Notes: a model not told the origin generated them from the letters alone. 64,000 nucleotides of DNA from Squalus acanthias (GCA_030390025.1 CM059431.1:109060001-109124000), one strand, 5' to 3'; shown: positions 37,100 through 49,163, counted from the first letter of the stretch. Program-made: numbers and translations.

Positions 37100-38295
37100 A
37101 TTATGTTGCACCACTGAGCTCCCTTATCGATAGTTGATATTAAGGATGGCAGGTACATTAGTTAAAGGTGAAATGTATTCTGCAGAGTTGGCACATTTTT
37201 CTAAGCGTAGCCGTAACTAAGAGGCACTCAGGAGATGCAACTGCCTACCTAATGTGATCCTGCACTGCTGCTGAACACTTCATTCAGTCTTACACATTTG
37301 TTGCAACAGGGATCTCTGGAGATGCTCTTCCTGTTGAAATCTATGATCTTTTCCTTTTGACTTGGTTTTGCCAAGAGTCCATGCTGGTGCTTGCGTGGTT
37401 ATGAAAAGGCATAGCTCAGTGCGGCAAAGGGAACGCAAGAAAATGAGCACCCCATTGATGTCCTGAAGCAAATACTTCCTCAACTTTTTGACAGGTAACT
37501 AAATGTAAATGTTTAGAAACAATTAGTTAGTCTCAAAATGCCTTTGTTCATTTTAGTAATAGAGGGGACTGAGAGAATTGGATGCTGCTGGGAAAACTTT
37601 GAAGGTGAAATCCTTGTTTTGAGAAATTTGGCAAAAAATCTTATTTTCTAAACTTGCCAATTGTCTCTCATAAAATTATTAACAGGAGGGATTATATCCC
37701 CCCTCCCCACCCCTTAACATCCAATTTCCCTGGTGTGACATTATGGGGCTGCATTTGCTCATCTGTAACTCGGGCAAATAGGAAGGAAAATCAAACAGGG
37801 AAACAATCCGTTGGCCTCCTGCCACTCAATACCATTTCCAAGATTTTCCACCAGAAATGGCTCCAAGTGCATAATACGGCCACTCAAATAGGGCCGGGCA
37901 TATTATATTGAGATGTAAATGATGGAATAAGATCATTCAATGTATTTCCTGTCATTTGCAGCTTAGCAACGCAGGGCACTAAGAACATGGTGTGTTCTTG
38001 TCATGGAGTGTTGCTACAGGCTACATATTTATGGGCCACTTTTTCCTGGTCAAAGTGGCAAATTCAAAATGCAACCTAAAAATTAGATTTCAGATCTTCT
38101 TTCAAAAATAGGTTCACCATTAATGTCCTTTTGCTGTGGGTCATGATAACTTCATCATTATTTTATTTTTCAAGTCAATTTCTATTTATTGTAAAAGTTG
38201 AATATTTGCATCAACACTGAATACTGATGAAATTAAGAGGGGTCACTGACAGTGTGAAAGCACTCCATTAATATAAGCAGAGAAGTCATTGTCCT

Positions 38296-38330
38296 GTTCT
38301 GACGAAGGGTCATCGACCTGAAACGTTAAC
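38296..38330 (+). ncRNA. Minimal type I hammerhead ribozyme
   Basis: GUU-CUGACGA-A-GGGUC auc GACCU-GAA-ACGU-U-AAC: core, helix II, palindromic helix III ACGU, helix I GUU/AAC. Confidence 0.75.
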
Positions 38331-38397
38331 TCTGTTTCTCTCTCTACAGATGCTGCCTGACCTGCTGAGTATTTCCAGCATTTTTCTGTTTTTATTT
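38296..38397 (+). mobile_element. Short Penelope-like insertion with hammerhead ribozyme (family H2), 13-bp TSD
   Basis: AAGTCATTGTCCT at 38283-38295 and 38398-38410. Confidence 0.8.
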
Positions 38398-39469
38398 AAG
38401 TCATTGTCCTTGGTGCTTTACCAAACTTATAATTTTAACGAAGAATTTCGTGTAACACTTCAATTGTAAGGGAGAGGTTGATTGTGAAACACACTTTATG
38501 TGTTGACAATCTCTGCCTAATCAACAACAGATATGAACACAAAGCAGTCCCAAATCAAATCCAGTCCCACTCCCTAAACTCCAGAATGGCCCAGGAATAG
38601 AACTGGAGAACAGTCCCTAGAGATAGGTGCATTGCTGTGGTATCGCAGCACAAGCCAAACATTGCGATGACTATACATCATATTTCACTTGGGAATGCTT
38701 GGCTTGGTCATTTATGCAAAGTGGCAAAAAATTGCTACTGTTTATACAATGAGGTGTGAACAGTAAAATAATATTCTATCGTTTTTTGTTTCCATATTAA
38801 AAAAATTATAATAATCTATAGTACATTCAAAGCTTAGATTATAAAAATCTATAGTACATCCACTCTTCAATGCAGTGAAGTTTCAATTATCTTGTGATTT
38901 AATACGGCACACCCATGATGTTAATCTTGAAAGCATTCACAATCTGAATTACATTTAATTGTGATGAACTCTAAAGCCCACTAAATGAATTGGACTCCAA
39001 GGATTGTGAGAAGTTTCTAAGCAGACTTCGTATTTCTATTCGCAAAGCTTTTATTAGTTTACATGTACATGCAGAATTAGACTCTGTAGATATCCATTTA
39101 TATTAAAACTGCAGAAATAACAGAGCGTTTGCAGATCACCAGTAGCGGTGATCGAGAGCTTTAGATGCGACTGGGCCTCATTATCCTCCAAAGGGTGCTA
39201 TGGCATAGTGGGTTATTGCACCCACCCTTACACATCAACAGAAAGCGTATCTGGAGTGGTTGTGATTTTTGAATATAAAAATTCCTCCCGGCAGTCATGT
39301 TCAGTGGTGGATGTACTGCTCCAAGATAGGCGTGACCAATGAAGTACTTTCTGTTCTTACCCAGTCATGCAAAATAAGTAGACATTCGAAAAAAAAATCA
39401 TAATTTTTTTCCCCCCCCCCACCCCCCCCCCCCCCCCCAAGTTAACATTGGAAATAATTGCTTGCAATC

Positions 39470-39560
39470 AGTTCTAGTGAGGTTTTACATCCAAAACATT
39501 AACCCATCTTTACAGATGCTGATGAGCCTGCAGTGCATTTAGGGCACTTTCTGTTTCTGC
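39470..39560 (+). mobile_element. Highly degenerate H2-family copy
   Basis: GTTCTAGTGAGG..AAAACATTAAC..TACAGATGCTG..CTTTCTGTTT is colinear with 38296-38397; ribozyme core decayed. Confidence 0.5.
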
Positions 39561-40739
39561 TTCTTACAATCGATGTTCTTTTACGATATGTGGCCTGTCA
39601 CTGGCGCGCCAAATATTGCTGCTGCACTGGTCAGTTCTCAGTCTTCAATACTCTCCACAACCAGAAACTGTGCATTTTTTTTTGCTGAATTTCACCTATG
39701 CTCAAATTAAGAGAATAAGGCCCAATATTGCTGCAATAAAGTGCGGTCCTGTTGTGATTTATTTGTAGGACTGACTATGGTGAGTAGCGTTACTTTCAAC
39801 AATTAAAATGTCAAGTTGTGAGAGAATGCGACGTCACATACGGATAATCAGCAAATGGAACACTCTTTCCATAAATACAATGATTAGTGCTTTTGGGTAC
39901 AGGTCATAAAAGAAATACAAGATTCATGGTTCACTCACAGATCAAGCTTGGAAAATGAAATATACGCACGCTATTTTGAGGACTGACTGAAATGGACGCC
40001 CAAGACATATCTTACAGATAGATACAAAGGCAGTGCACAGGAATGATTGCAAGGCAGTGAAACTCATCAAGGTGTTCAGACGATATTATAAACCACAACA
40101 GTGAAAGCCAAGGAGTGGTCTATATATATATATATATATATATTGTGTATATATATATATAGACTGCAATATTGTAACGAGATTACAATCTGGAAATCAC
40201 TCCTGTAGGAATTTAAAAAAAATATATATACATACTGTGGAGTTCATGGGGTAGTTTTATTCCATTTGCCAGACTTTTTTGCCAGCAGCAGCTGTCATGA
40301 CTGATGCTGATGGCCAGTGCCCTCTGTATCGCTGACATCCACACTAAGGATTAATAATTGTGATGATTAACCCATTGATTTTGGGAATAAACATGAAGGT
40401 ATATGCTATATATGTAAAATAGGTTTGAAGCATTTTCAGTTTTTCCAATAAACAATAAGCCACTATCATTCTTAACTAGCAATTGCCACAGGGTTCAAGT
40501 CTCCCTTTTTTGTACCCCCCGAGCCAAATATGACCCTTGCTTTCCTGTAGGTGTTGACTCCTTGCTGGGGTACAGTTCCATTTAATGACACTTGCCCTCA
40601 GACACCTTGCCCAAGTAACCCATTATTCATTGAGAACCTCGAAACTGAACGTTGGCAGTGCTATTTTCTCAGAGGCATCACAGTCGAGTCAAATCCTGAC
40701 GACACTTGGTCTGCATGTTTCAACTACTCGTACTGTGAA

Positions 40740-41195
40740 CCTGTGGCTCAGTGGGTAGCACCTCTCGCCTCTGAGGCAGAAGGTGGTGGGTTCAAGCCCC
40801 ACTCCAGGGACTTGAGCACATAATCCAGGCTGACACTTCAGTGCAGTGCTGAGGGAGGGCTGCACTGTTGGAGGTGCCGTCTTTTGGATGAGACGTTAAA
40901 CCGAGACCCCGAGTGCCCTCTCAGGATGTAACAGATCCCATGGCACTATTTCGAAGAAAAGCAAGGGAGTTCGCCCCGGTGTCCTGGCCAATATTTATCC
41001 CTCAACCAACATAACTAAAAAACAGATTATCTGGTCGTGAACTCATTGCTGTTTGTGGGAGCTTGCTGTGCTCAAATTGGCTGCTACGTTTCCTACATTA
41101 CAACAGTGACTGCACTTCAAAAGTACTTCATTGGCTGCAAAGCGCTTTAGGACACCCTGAGGTTGTGAAAGGCGCTATAGAAATGCAAGTCTTTA
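40740..41195 (+). mobile_element. DeuSINE (SacSINE1-like), near full length
   Basis: A-box, B-box GGTTCAAGCCC, Deu core, L2-like tail. Confidence 0.9.
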
Positions 41196-41309
41196 TTTTT
41201 AAGTGTGAAATGCAGCATGGCAGGTGAGTAAAACCAGGTGTGTCTAATTAATGAACAGTGCTGTAAAAATTGACTAAAATGACAGGAGAACTGCTTTATT
41301 AAAATATAT

Positions 41310-42316
41310 TCTCAGGATGTGGGCATCGCTGGCAAGGCCATAATTTATTATTCATCCCTAATTGCCCTGAGAAGGTGGTGATCAGATGCCTTCTTGGATG
41401 GTGTGTCACTTGGAGGGGAACTTGGAGGTGGTGGTGTTCCCACACACATTCGGCCCTTGTCCTTCGAGGTGATGGAGGTTGCGGATTTGGGAGGTGCTGC
41501 CGAAGAAGCCTTGGTGACTTGCTGCAGTGCATCCTGTAGACAGTACATACTGCAGCTATGATGGTAGAGTGAGTGAATGTTTAAACTAGTGGATGAGGTG
41601 CCGATCAAGCAGACTGCTTTGTCCTGTATGGTGTCGAGCTTCTCGAGTGTTGTTGCAGCTGTACCCATCCAGGTAAGTGGAGAGTATTCTACCACACTCC
41701 TGACATCCTTGTAGATGGTGAAAAGGCTTTGGGCAATCAAGAGGTGAGCCATTCATCAGAGAATACCCAACCTCTTACCTGCTCCAGTAGCCACAGTATT
41801 TTTGTGGCTGGTCCAATTGAGTTTCTGGTCAATTGTAACACCAAGATGTTGATGGTGGGAGAATTGGCGATGGTACTGCCATTGAATGTCAGGAGGAGGT
41901 GGCTAGGCTCTTCTTGGACCTGGTCATTGTCTGGCGCTTGTGTGGCACGAATATTACTCGCCATTTATCAGCCCAAGCCTGGACATGATGCATGCAGGCA
42001 CGGACTGCTTCATTATCTGAAGAATTATGAATGGAGCTGAGCACTGTGCAGTCATCAGTGAACAGTTGCATTTCTCGCCTTATGATGGAGGGAAGGTCAT
42101 TGATGAAGCAGCTGAAGAGAGTTGGGCCTAGGACGCTGCCCTGAGGAACTCCTGCAGCGATGTCCTGGGGCTGAGATGAATGTCTCCAACAACCACAACC
42201 ATCTTCCTTAATGCCAGGTATGACTCCAGCCAGTGGAGAGTTTTCCCCCTGATCCTCATTAACTTCAGTTTACTCAGGCTCCTTGGTGCCACACTCGGTC
42301 GAATGCTGCCTTGATG
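41310..42316 (-). mobile_element. Non-LTR retrotransposon fragment (family C) including RT motifs
   Basis: Remnants GKTLHWLESYL, LFTDDCTV (decayed ADD catalytic motif) and VRSVVEYSPLTWM..KLDTIQDKA; same tail as 2613-3150. Confidence 0.88.
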
Positions 42317-43126
42317 TATGTTGATTACACCATGGTCTTGGGATAGCTGAGACTTAAATGTGCGTCCTTCTTTACAAAATGAATAGAACCCCCCACCCCC
42401 CTGCCCCCCACAATGACCATGCAACTCCTAAGAACTTTCAATACCTGCAGCCACATTACCAAATGCTGTATATTTTACTGCAGACCCGGACGGAACATTT
42501 ATCATCCAGGTGCTGTCAGAAACTGTTGGGCCATAGCTGACCCGCAAACCTTTGTAAAATGATGTATAACTCTGCAGTGTTGCAAATAAAGTTGAGCAAT
42601 AGAAAATTATGTTCTTCCACATCATTTTCCGCACACTTCTTCTTGAAAACTAAATTGGCATTTTGAGTAATCTCATTCTGATCGTTTACCATTTGAAGTC
42701 CTTAGCGGAGCACTGGAATGGGAAATTTAAAGCACCGACCATGTCTCATAAAAATGTCCTGCAACTCCACCTGTTTCATTTAAATAAGAATGTCGATCTG
42801 AAAACATTTGTTGTATCCCAATGAAGTGGCACTATTTAAATATAGGATAACAACACGCTGACAGTGAAATATACGGCAGTCAGTGAATGTTCAGCTATAT
42901 TATAAAGCATCAAAGCTGGAGTCATTTCTGAACCTTGAGATTTGATCTATTGCTTCACACGTAGGCAGTCATTTTCTTTTTACTTTATTATAACATTTAA
43001 TATTCTACTTGTTCGGGATTGATTTGTCTAACAGGGATGGCCTGGATGATGAAAGTTGTTGTCAATAGTTTCGGTGAAAGACTGGTAATAGAAAAAAAAA
43101 TCCATGGGTCTGAAGTATGAAGCCAG

Positions 43127-43290
43127 CATAGAATCATAGAAAGTTACAGCACGGAAGGAGGCCATTTCGGCCCATCGTGTCCACGCTGGCCAACAAAGAG
43201 CTATCCAGCCTAATCCCACTTCCCAGCTCTTGGTCCATAGCCCTGCAGGTTAGAGCATCCCAAGTGCACATCCAAGTACTTTTTAAATGT
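43127..43290 (-). mobile_element. CR1 3' tail
   Basis: Matches 35553-35705. Confidence 0.8.
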
Positions 43291-43582
43291 GCAGGATTTG
43301 GCTATGATAAATTGACCCTTAGTGTTAGGGGGGGGATTAAATATGTGGGGTTACAGGGATAGGATGGGATATGTTAGGGGGAATTAAATACGTGGGGTTA
43401 CGGGGATAGGGTGGGATATATGTCGGTGCAGGCTCGATGGGGATTCCGTGTGAGAAGGCAGGGACAGGGTACTGGATTTGGATGATCAGCCATGATCGTA
43501 TTGAATGGTGGAGCAGGCTCGACGGGCCGAATGGCTTACTCCTGCTCCTAGTTTCTATGTTTCTATGTTTCTATGTTTCTAT
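43288..43582 (+). mobile_element. HE1-like SINE fragment followed by a CR1 tail with (TTTCTATG)n
   Basis: TAAATTGACCCTTAGTGT..GGGGTTACGGGGATAGGGT..GTCGGTGCAGGCTCGATGGG, then GATCAGCCATGATC..GAATGGCTTACTCCTGCTCCT. Confidence 0.6.
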
Positions 43583-43603
43583 GAACCCTAACCACATTTA
43601 AAA

Positions 43604-43732
43604 ATGATGCGGAGATGCCGGTGTTGGACTGGGGTGGACAAAAATGAGAAGTCGCACAACACCAGGTTATAGTCCAACAGTTTTATTTAAAATTACGAGC
43701 TTTCGGAGCTGTTGCCCCTTCATCAGGTAAAG
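43604..43732 (-). mobile_element. Penelope-like terminal repeat with hammerhead (family H1)
   Basis: Homologous to 26640-26727, extended to GATGCGGAGATGCCGGTGTTGGACTGGGG. Confidence 0.75.
43693..43730 (-). ncRNA. Minimal type I hammerhead ribozyme
   Basis: UUAC-CUGAUGA-A-GGGGC aaca GCUCC-GAA-AGCU-C-GUAA; helix I UUAC/GUAA. Confidence 0.75.
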
Positions 43733-44039
43733 GTACCACCCTTTCAGGCATCTTCCTGGTACTTTAATAAAAGCAGCTGCTTTCTTGAGAGGGTGACAGA
43801 AAAATACACACTACAGTGTGCACCATTTCACTTTGGCCGTGAAAACATGTGGGCAACAATCCCAGCAGTAAGGCTGGGATCACACCCGCCCATGCCCTCC
43901 AGCAATGACCCTCCTACAGTTTCTGTGGTCAGTGGGAGGGCAGATCATCTGCACGGGCCCAGTAAGTGCCCGTGCCACTAGGCACATCTTGGACGCCTGA
44001 TTGCCCCAGCCTTCCAGAAACTCTGCATTGGTAGGACTA

Positions 44040-44355
44040 CCTCTAACTCTTGTCAGTCTAGGGGTGTGAGATGGATCCCTACCACTAGACTGATGGGTGT
44101 TAGAGGTATTCAGCGGTATTCCTACCACTAGACCGACAGGAGCTAAAGGTATCCCTGCTGCTAAATTGACAGCAGCTAGTGGTATCCCGGGCACTAGATT
44201 GGCAGGTGTCAGAGATATCCCTGCCACTAGGCTGACATGAATTAGAAGTGTTCCTACCACTAGACGAACAGGACTCAGTAGACTAATGGGAATCCCAGAT
44301 ATTCTTGCCTCTAGACTTGAAGGAGTCAGAGGAGTCCTTGCCCCTAAACTGACAA
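44040..44355. repeat. Degenerate 33-bp tandem repeat
   Basis: CCT(A/G)CCACTAGACTGACAGG...AGAGGTAT units recur every ~33 bp. Confidence 0.7.
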
Positions 44356-44813
44356 AGAGTCAGCGGCATATCATTAAACAACCATGCAAAGTAGCCTGAG
44401 AACTCTCTACTGCTGCAAAAGAACAAATAAACCAATATAAGTATAAAATGGAAAAAGAAAACTACCGATTCCTGGAAAAAAAAATCACAGAGTGGAGTGA
44501 ATCATGCACAGTGGGTTACATAGTGCAATGCCAATTGTCATTATTTTGAAGGGGAGGAACTTAACAAAATATAAAGTGATCCAAACTCAGCCTAATTTGG
44601 AATTTTCAGGATAAATCGGAGTTTTAACTCCGCACAGTTTGGTTTTACTCTTTGAATGCTGCGCTCCTGCACAAACATTGTCGACAGATTTAGAGATAAT
44701 TCCAATGAAAAGGCGCAACGTTCGCAGCCTCCTGTTGACTTCCTCAACAGTCAGTGCAGAGCAGTTTTTCCCATTCTTTTACCTGAATCCCTCTTAACTC
44801 AACGAATCATATT

Positions 44814-45567
44814 GGCTTGGATTCTGCGGTTGGCAGTGCAACTACGGATTATGCCGCCAGCATCTGAACAGAATGCGCACTTACCTGATGGGGACCCTCC
44901 TTTGAGAACTCGCTGGCAGATGCTGCGTACTAGAGGGCAGCGTACTGGCCCATGGCTCCCGGGGGCGCACCGTGTGCGGAAGCGCCCCTGGGATCACGTG
45001 GGCCGGTGCTCCAATTGGCAAACAGAAGGTCTCTCATTATTTATAACATAGATGTTTATGCACATTAAATCCCGGAAGACTGAGACTTTGCTTATTTTCC
45101 TTTTCTCCACTTTCTGTACGGATTTGTTTTAAACGTATGCTTCACATAGATGCAAAAAAAATAAAACCCTCAATGTAGCAACCGCTTCCTCGAACTTTTC
45201 ATGGAGAATAAATACTTTTCATGGACAGAATCCTAAAATACTTCCATTTCTGGCCTCATATAGCTTTTACAATTACTTGGTTTTGTCAGGAGGTATTCCC
45301 TTACGCTGTGCAAACAGGCTCTGTGCCTATTTGCACCAGCCGTAAAATTTTCATACGTAATTGCTGGGCAACTCAACTCTGCGCCAGCAATTAGGATTTC
45401 CCCGTCGGTACGGATCATCTGTCATGTCGGAACTTGACAGATTGCAAGCTCAGGATTTAACGCATGCGCAAGCGGATACGGAAATCCCGAACTTGCTGTC
45501 CATTTCAAAGGTGGAATGACAGCGTACTCTGAGAGTACGCTGTCATACCGACTGCAAATTCTGTCCC
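44814..45567. mobile_element. Harbinger-type MITE, family B
   Basis: TIRs GGCTTGGATTCTGCGGTTGG / CCGACTGCAAATTCTGTCCC; perfect subterminal hairpin ATGACAGCGTACTC..GAGTACGCTGTCAT. Confidence 0.75.
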
Positions 45568-46389
45568 TAATTGTGGAAAATGCATGTAATACATTTTTTC
45601 TTATCTTAGTCAAATATATGTTATTTGCATTCATATTAATAAATATTGTAGAATTAAACTATGCATGTTTGATGGTCACATTAGGTATTTTGGTTACCTT
45701 AGAACAAATAAGTGCTATTATACTGAACATGTACAATCTAATTAAAACTTAAGCTAGCATAATTTACCATAGCACATTATATTACTGTAATGAGATAATA
45801 TTACCTTGTAACCCAAAGATTAGCGCCCTTGGCACATGCAGAATCAAGGAGAATTAGAGTCTGAAGATAGTGGATGGAAGTTAAATTTCTGCAATGCTTT
45901 TATAGGACAAAAATTGATTATTAGGTTAGGAGAATTGTTCTCCGAGGTATTCAGGCTGGGTATGTTCAATAAACTTGTCAGCAACTCTTGTAAAGTTGTT
46001 ATATTCGTGCAAAAATTCAAGTGCCACTCTTTCTGAAAATGTGATATCCTTGCCCTCTACAGATCAAATTAATACGGCGCAGTATCTGTTGGAAGAAGCT
46101 ACAATCCGATCCGGAATAAACTGTTCTTTTGATAGTTGCATACTTGCCTCTGCAGCAGGACAAAATATTAGCGTTTTCCCAATGCGATTTGCTTTGGAAA
46201 AGCAAATGTCTATGTTACAATCTGGACGACTTTGTCGGGTAGTTATGCATGTGTTCATGTGCATGTGTCTCTTTCTGTTAATCTGGTGCATACCTAGCAA
46301 AAACCTACCGTTCAGATGCAAAGTGACCCATTCTTTGCAATGCCCATTAGTTCACAATCTGGTTGCAGCATTTAAGGGGAAACATGATA

Positions 46390-46545
46390 AATCATAGAAT
46401 CATAGAGTTGTTACAGCACGGAAGAAGGCCATTCAGCCCGTCGAGCCCATGCTGGCTCTCTGCAAGAGCACTTCAGCTAGTCCCACTCCCCCGCCCTTTC
46501 CCCATAGCCCTGCAAATTTCTTTCCTGCAGATACTTATCCAACTA
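46390..46545 (-). mobile_element. CR1 3' tail
   Basis: ATCATAGAATCATAGAG..GGCCATTCAGCCC..CCCCATAGCCCTGCAA. Confidence 0.8.
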
Positions 46546-47026
46546 AATAGGGCAGGCTCGGAGATATTTCTGGCTTCCAATGGACACGGCAGACAAGCCT
46601 GCTTTCTGACAGCTGTTTACAGCTTTCCCATATGTATCACGGGACATGAAGTGCTTCCTGATAACATTCACAGTACAGCTGAAAGTGTCATGGGAATCTG
46701 AAGCAGAAATGTCCTTGAGTTCTCTGTTTTGTGCTTTGTGCTGCATCTTATCCAAACACTGATGGCAGAAATTACACTAAACATTTTAATCTAAATGCAA
46801 TCCCAATTAGATTTAAACTAAAACTGGATTACGCATGTAAACAGTAAGACATCTCTTTATTCGGATTAAATCCAACTGAAACCTAATCTCTTTCTCTTCA
46901 CTTCCCTTTATAGCTAACCACAACAAGGCATTTCTGTGTTATTATACTATTCTATAAGTCTCTGATTAGTTACTTTATAAGTAGCTAAGGTTAAGGTTAA
47001 GGTGAGATTTAATAGAGTTGTTCAAC

Positions 47027-47303
47027 ATTATGAAAGGTTTTGATAGAGTAAATAAGGAGGAACTGTTTCCACTGGCAGGAGGGTCGGTAACCAGAGATTT
47101 AAGGTAATTGGCAAAAGAACCAGATGGGAGAGGAGGAGGATTTTTTTTTTTACACAGCGAGTTGTCATGATCTGCAATGCACTGCCTGAAAGGGTGGTGG
47201 AAGCAGATTCAATAGTAACTTTCAATTGGATAAATACCTGAAAGGGAAAATATTGCAGGGCTATGGGGAAAGTGCAGGGGAGTGGAACTAATTGGATAGC
47301 TCG
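47027..47303 (+). mobile_element. CR1 3' fragment
   Basis: TTTTACACAGCGAGTTG..TGCACTGCCTGAAAGGGTGGTGGAAGCAG..GCAGGGCTATGGGGAAAG. Confidence 0.8.
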
Positions 47304-47559
47304 TTCAATGATTTGTCTCTCCAACTGCATATTAAACAAAAACAGAAAATGCTGGAAGTGACCACCAGGTTAGACAGTATCTGGATGGCTCTCTTTTGTC
47401 TATTTTAAAGTTAATCTATTCTTCTCCCCCTCCCCACCACCCACCGCCCACCGCCCCCCACCCCGAGCCGACAGTGACCATTCCCACTAACTCTCCTGCA
47501 TTTGTTTCACAGGAGATCCAGATTTCACGCCTGCCCATTTGAGTTAAAGAGAGAAAAAA

Positions 47560-47981
47560 GTTTTAAAATTTTAAATGAAATTTTTAAAAAATCTCTAAGA
47601 AGAATTTACTACATGCAGGAATGAGACTCAACAGTTAAAATTGTTCTCTTTCTGGGCTGGAGAGGTTGATTGGCATTGCATTAAGAATTATCGCGTTGTT
47701 AACGAGATGCTTACGCTGTTAAGTACAAGCCTTATCTTTCTGCAGCGAGTTTAATTCGAGCTTAATGTGCAAATCCAGCAAGTTCTTAAAAATAGCGGGC
47801 AGGTTGAGAGCGAGATTGCCGTCTGTCTGAAACAAACGCTGGAGTGGCGTAAATCAACCAGCAAGTTCTGGAGATTTGCAACTCGCGGCGTAGCTCTTCG
47901 CGTGAACTTGCCGGTCGATTTGCACATTAATAATGGCGTGCGTCATAAACTCAGCGTTACTTTCCCAGCAAGATTTGGCCC
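47560..47981. mobile_element. MITE family B, right half
   Basis: Colinear with 28810-29173; ends GCAAGATTTGGCCC. Confidence 0.65.
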
Positions 47982-48847
47982 AATGTATTTATAAAAAAAT
48001 AGATAAACTGGCTTCGCTTTATTGTGCAGTTGTAAAAAGCTTGAAGATCCTTCAACTGGATAAATAGAAACATTCCACAGAATATAGGTATCTACCCCTT
48101 CTTACAAACCCAATCTGGTTCACGCTCCTTGGCCTCTGCCTGACCCCTTAGCAAATAAGCACCCTCTTCCTCTACACAATCTATCAGCAGTTTGAAGTGA
48201 CTGGAATAGTGATTCCATTCCGCATTATGGCCTTTCCTCTGTGTATCAGATGTAGGCCAAATTCCTCAATGTACAGCGGCAATGGAAAAAAAAAATCCTT
48301 GCCACATTTGCCCTTTCACAGAGACGGAATTATTATTAGAAAGGACATAAACAGACTAATTAAATCACAGCAGTGTGGCTGGGGTGACAGCTGTTACTGC
48401 CTGTGACCGAGCAGATCCATATCTGCAAGCAGGAGGCACTTCACTTCCAATCCATTCTTTATAATGTGCTTTCAGGCTTGCTGCAGAGGCATTAAATAAT
48501 ACCGTATAATTTCTGAAGTAGAATTGATTGAAAAAAAAGAAAGTCTTTCTCTTTGTATCTGCAATCTCTCGGCTCAACAGAAAAAAGGCATTTAAAAGGG
48601 AAGTTATTTGCCTGGCAATAAAACTGTTAATAACCTCATTACCTTTCAACAGCGGGGATCCTTTTTTAAAAAAAAAAATCAACAGCTTTTGCTGATCGTG
48701 CTGGGACACAAGAGTGAAACTAACGGCAGTAAGTGGCCGGCAGTGCCACAGATCCATTAACTGACAGGCCCGTTCTTTGTTGAAGAGGCAGAACTCTGAT
48801 GGGGCCTGGGATTGTTAACTGGTAAACGCGGTGTAATATTCACTTTA

Positions 48848-49163
48848 ATCATAGAATGATATGGCACAGAAGATGGCATTCGGCCCACCATGCCTGTGCC
48901 GGCTCTTTGAAGGAATTTACCAATTACTCCCTAAATCTGTGTCCTCTGGTACCAACCCTTCTGCCGTTGGAAACAGTTTCTCCTGATTTACTCTCGTCAA
49001 AACCCTTCAAGATTTTGAACACTTCTATTTAAATCTCTCCTTAGCCTTCTCTGCTCTAAGGAGAACAATCCCAGCTTCTCTTGTCTAATATCAAGATTTT
49101 GAACACTTCTATTTAAATCTCTCCTTAGCCTTCTCTGCTCTAAGGAGAACAATCCCAGCTTCT
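48848..49163 (-). mobile_element. CR1 3' fragment with an internal 73-bp duplication
   Basis: CR1 tail and ORF remnants; 49007-49079 is identical to 49091-49163. Confidence 0.8.

Noticed and set aside
43583..43592. Telomeric repeat (AACCCTAACC)
   Set aside because: Fewer than two units; too short to distinguish from chance.
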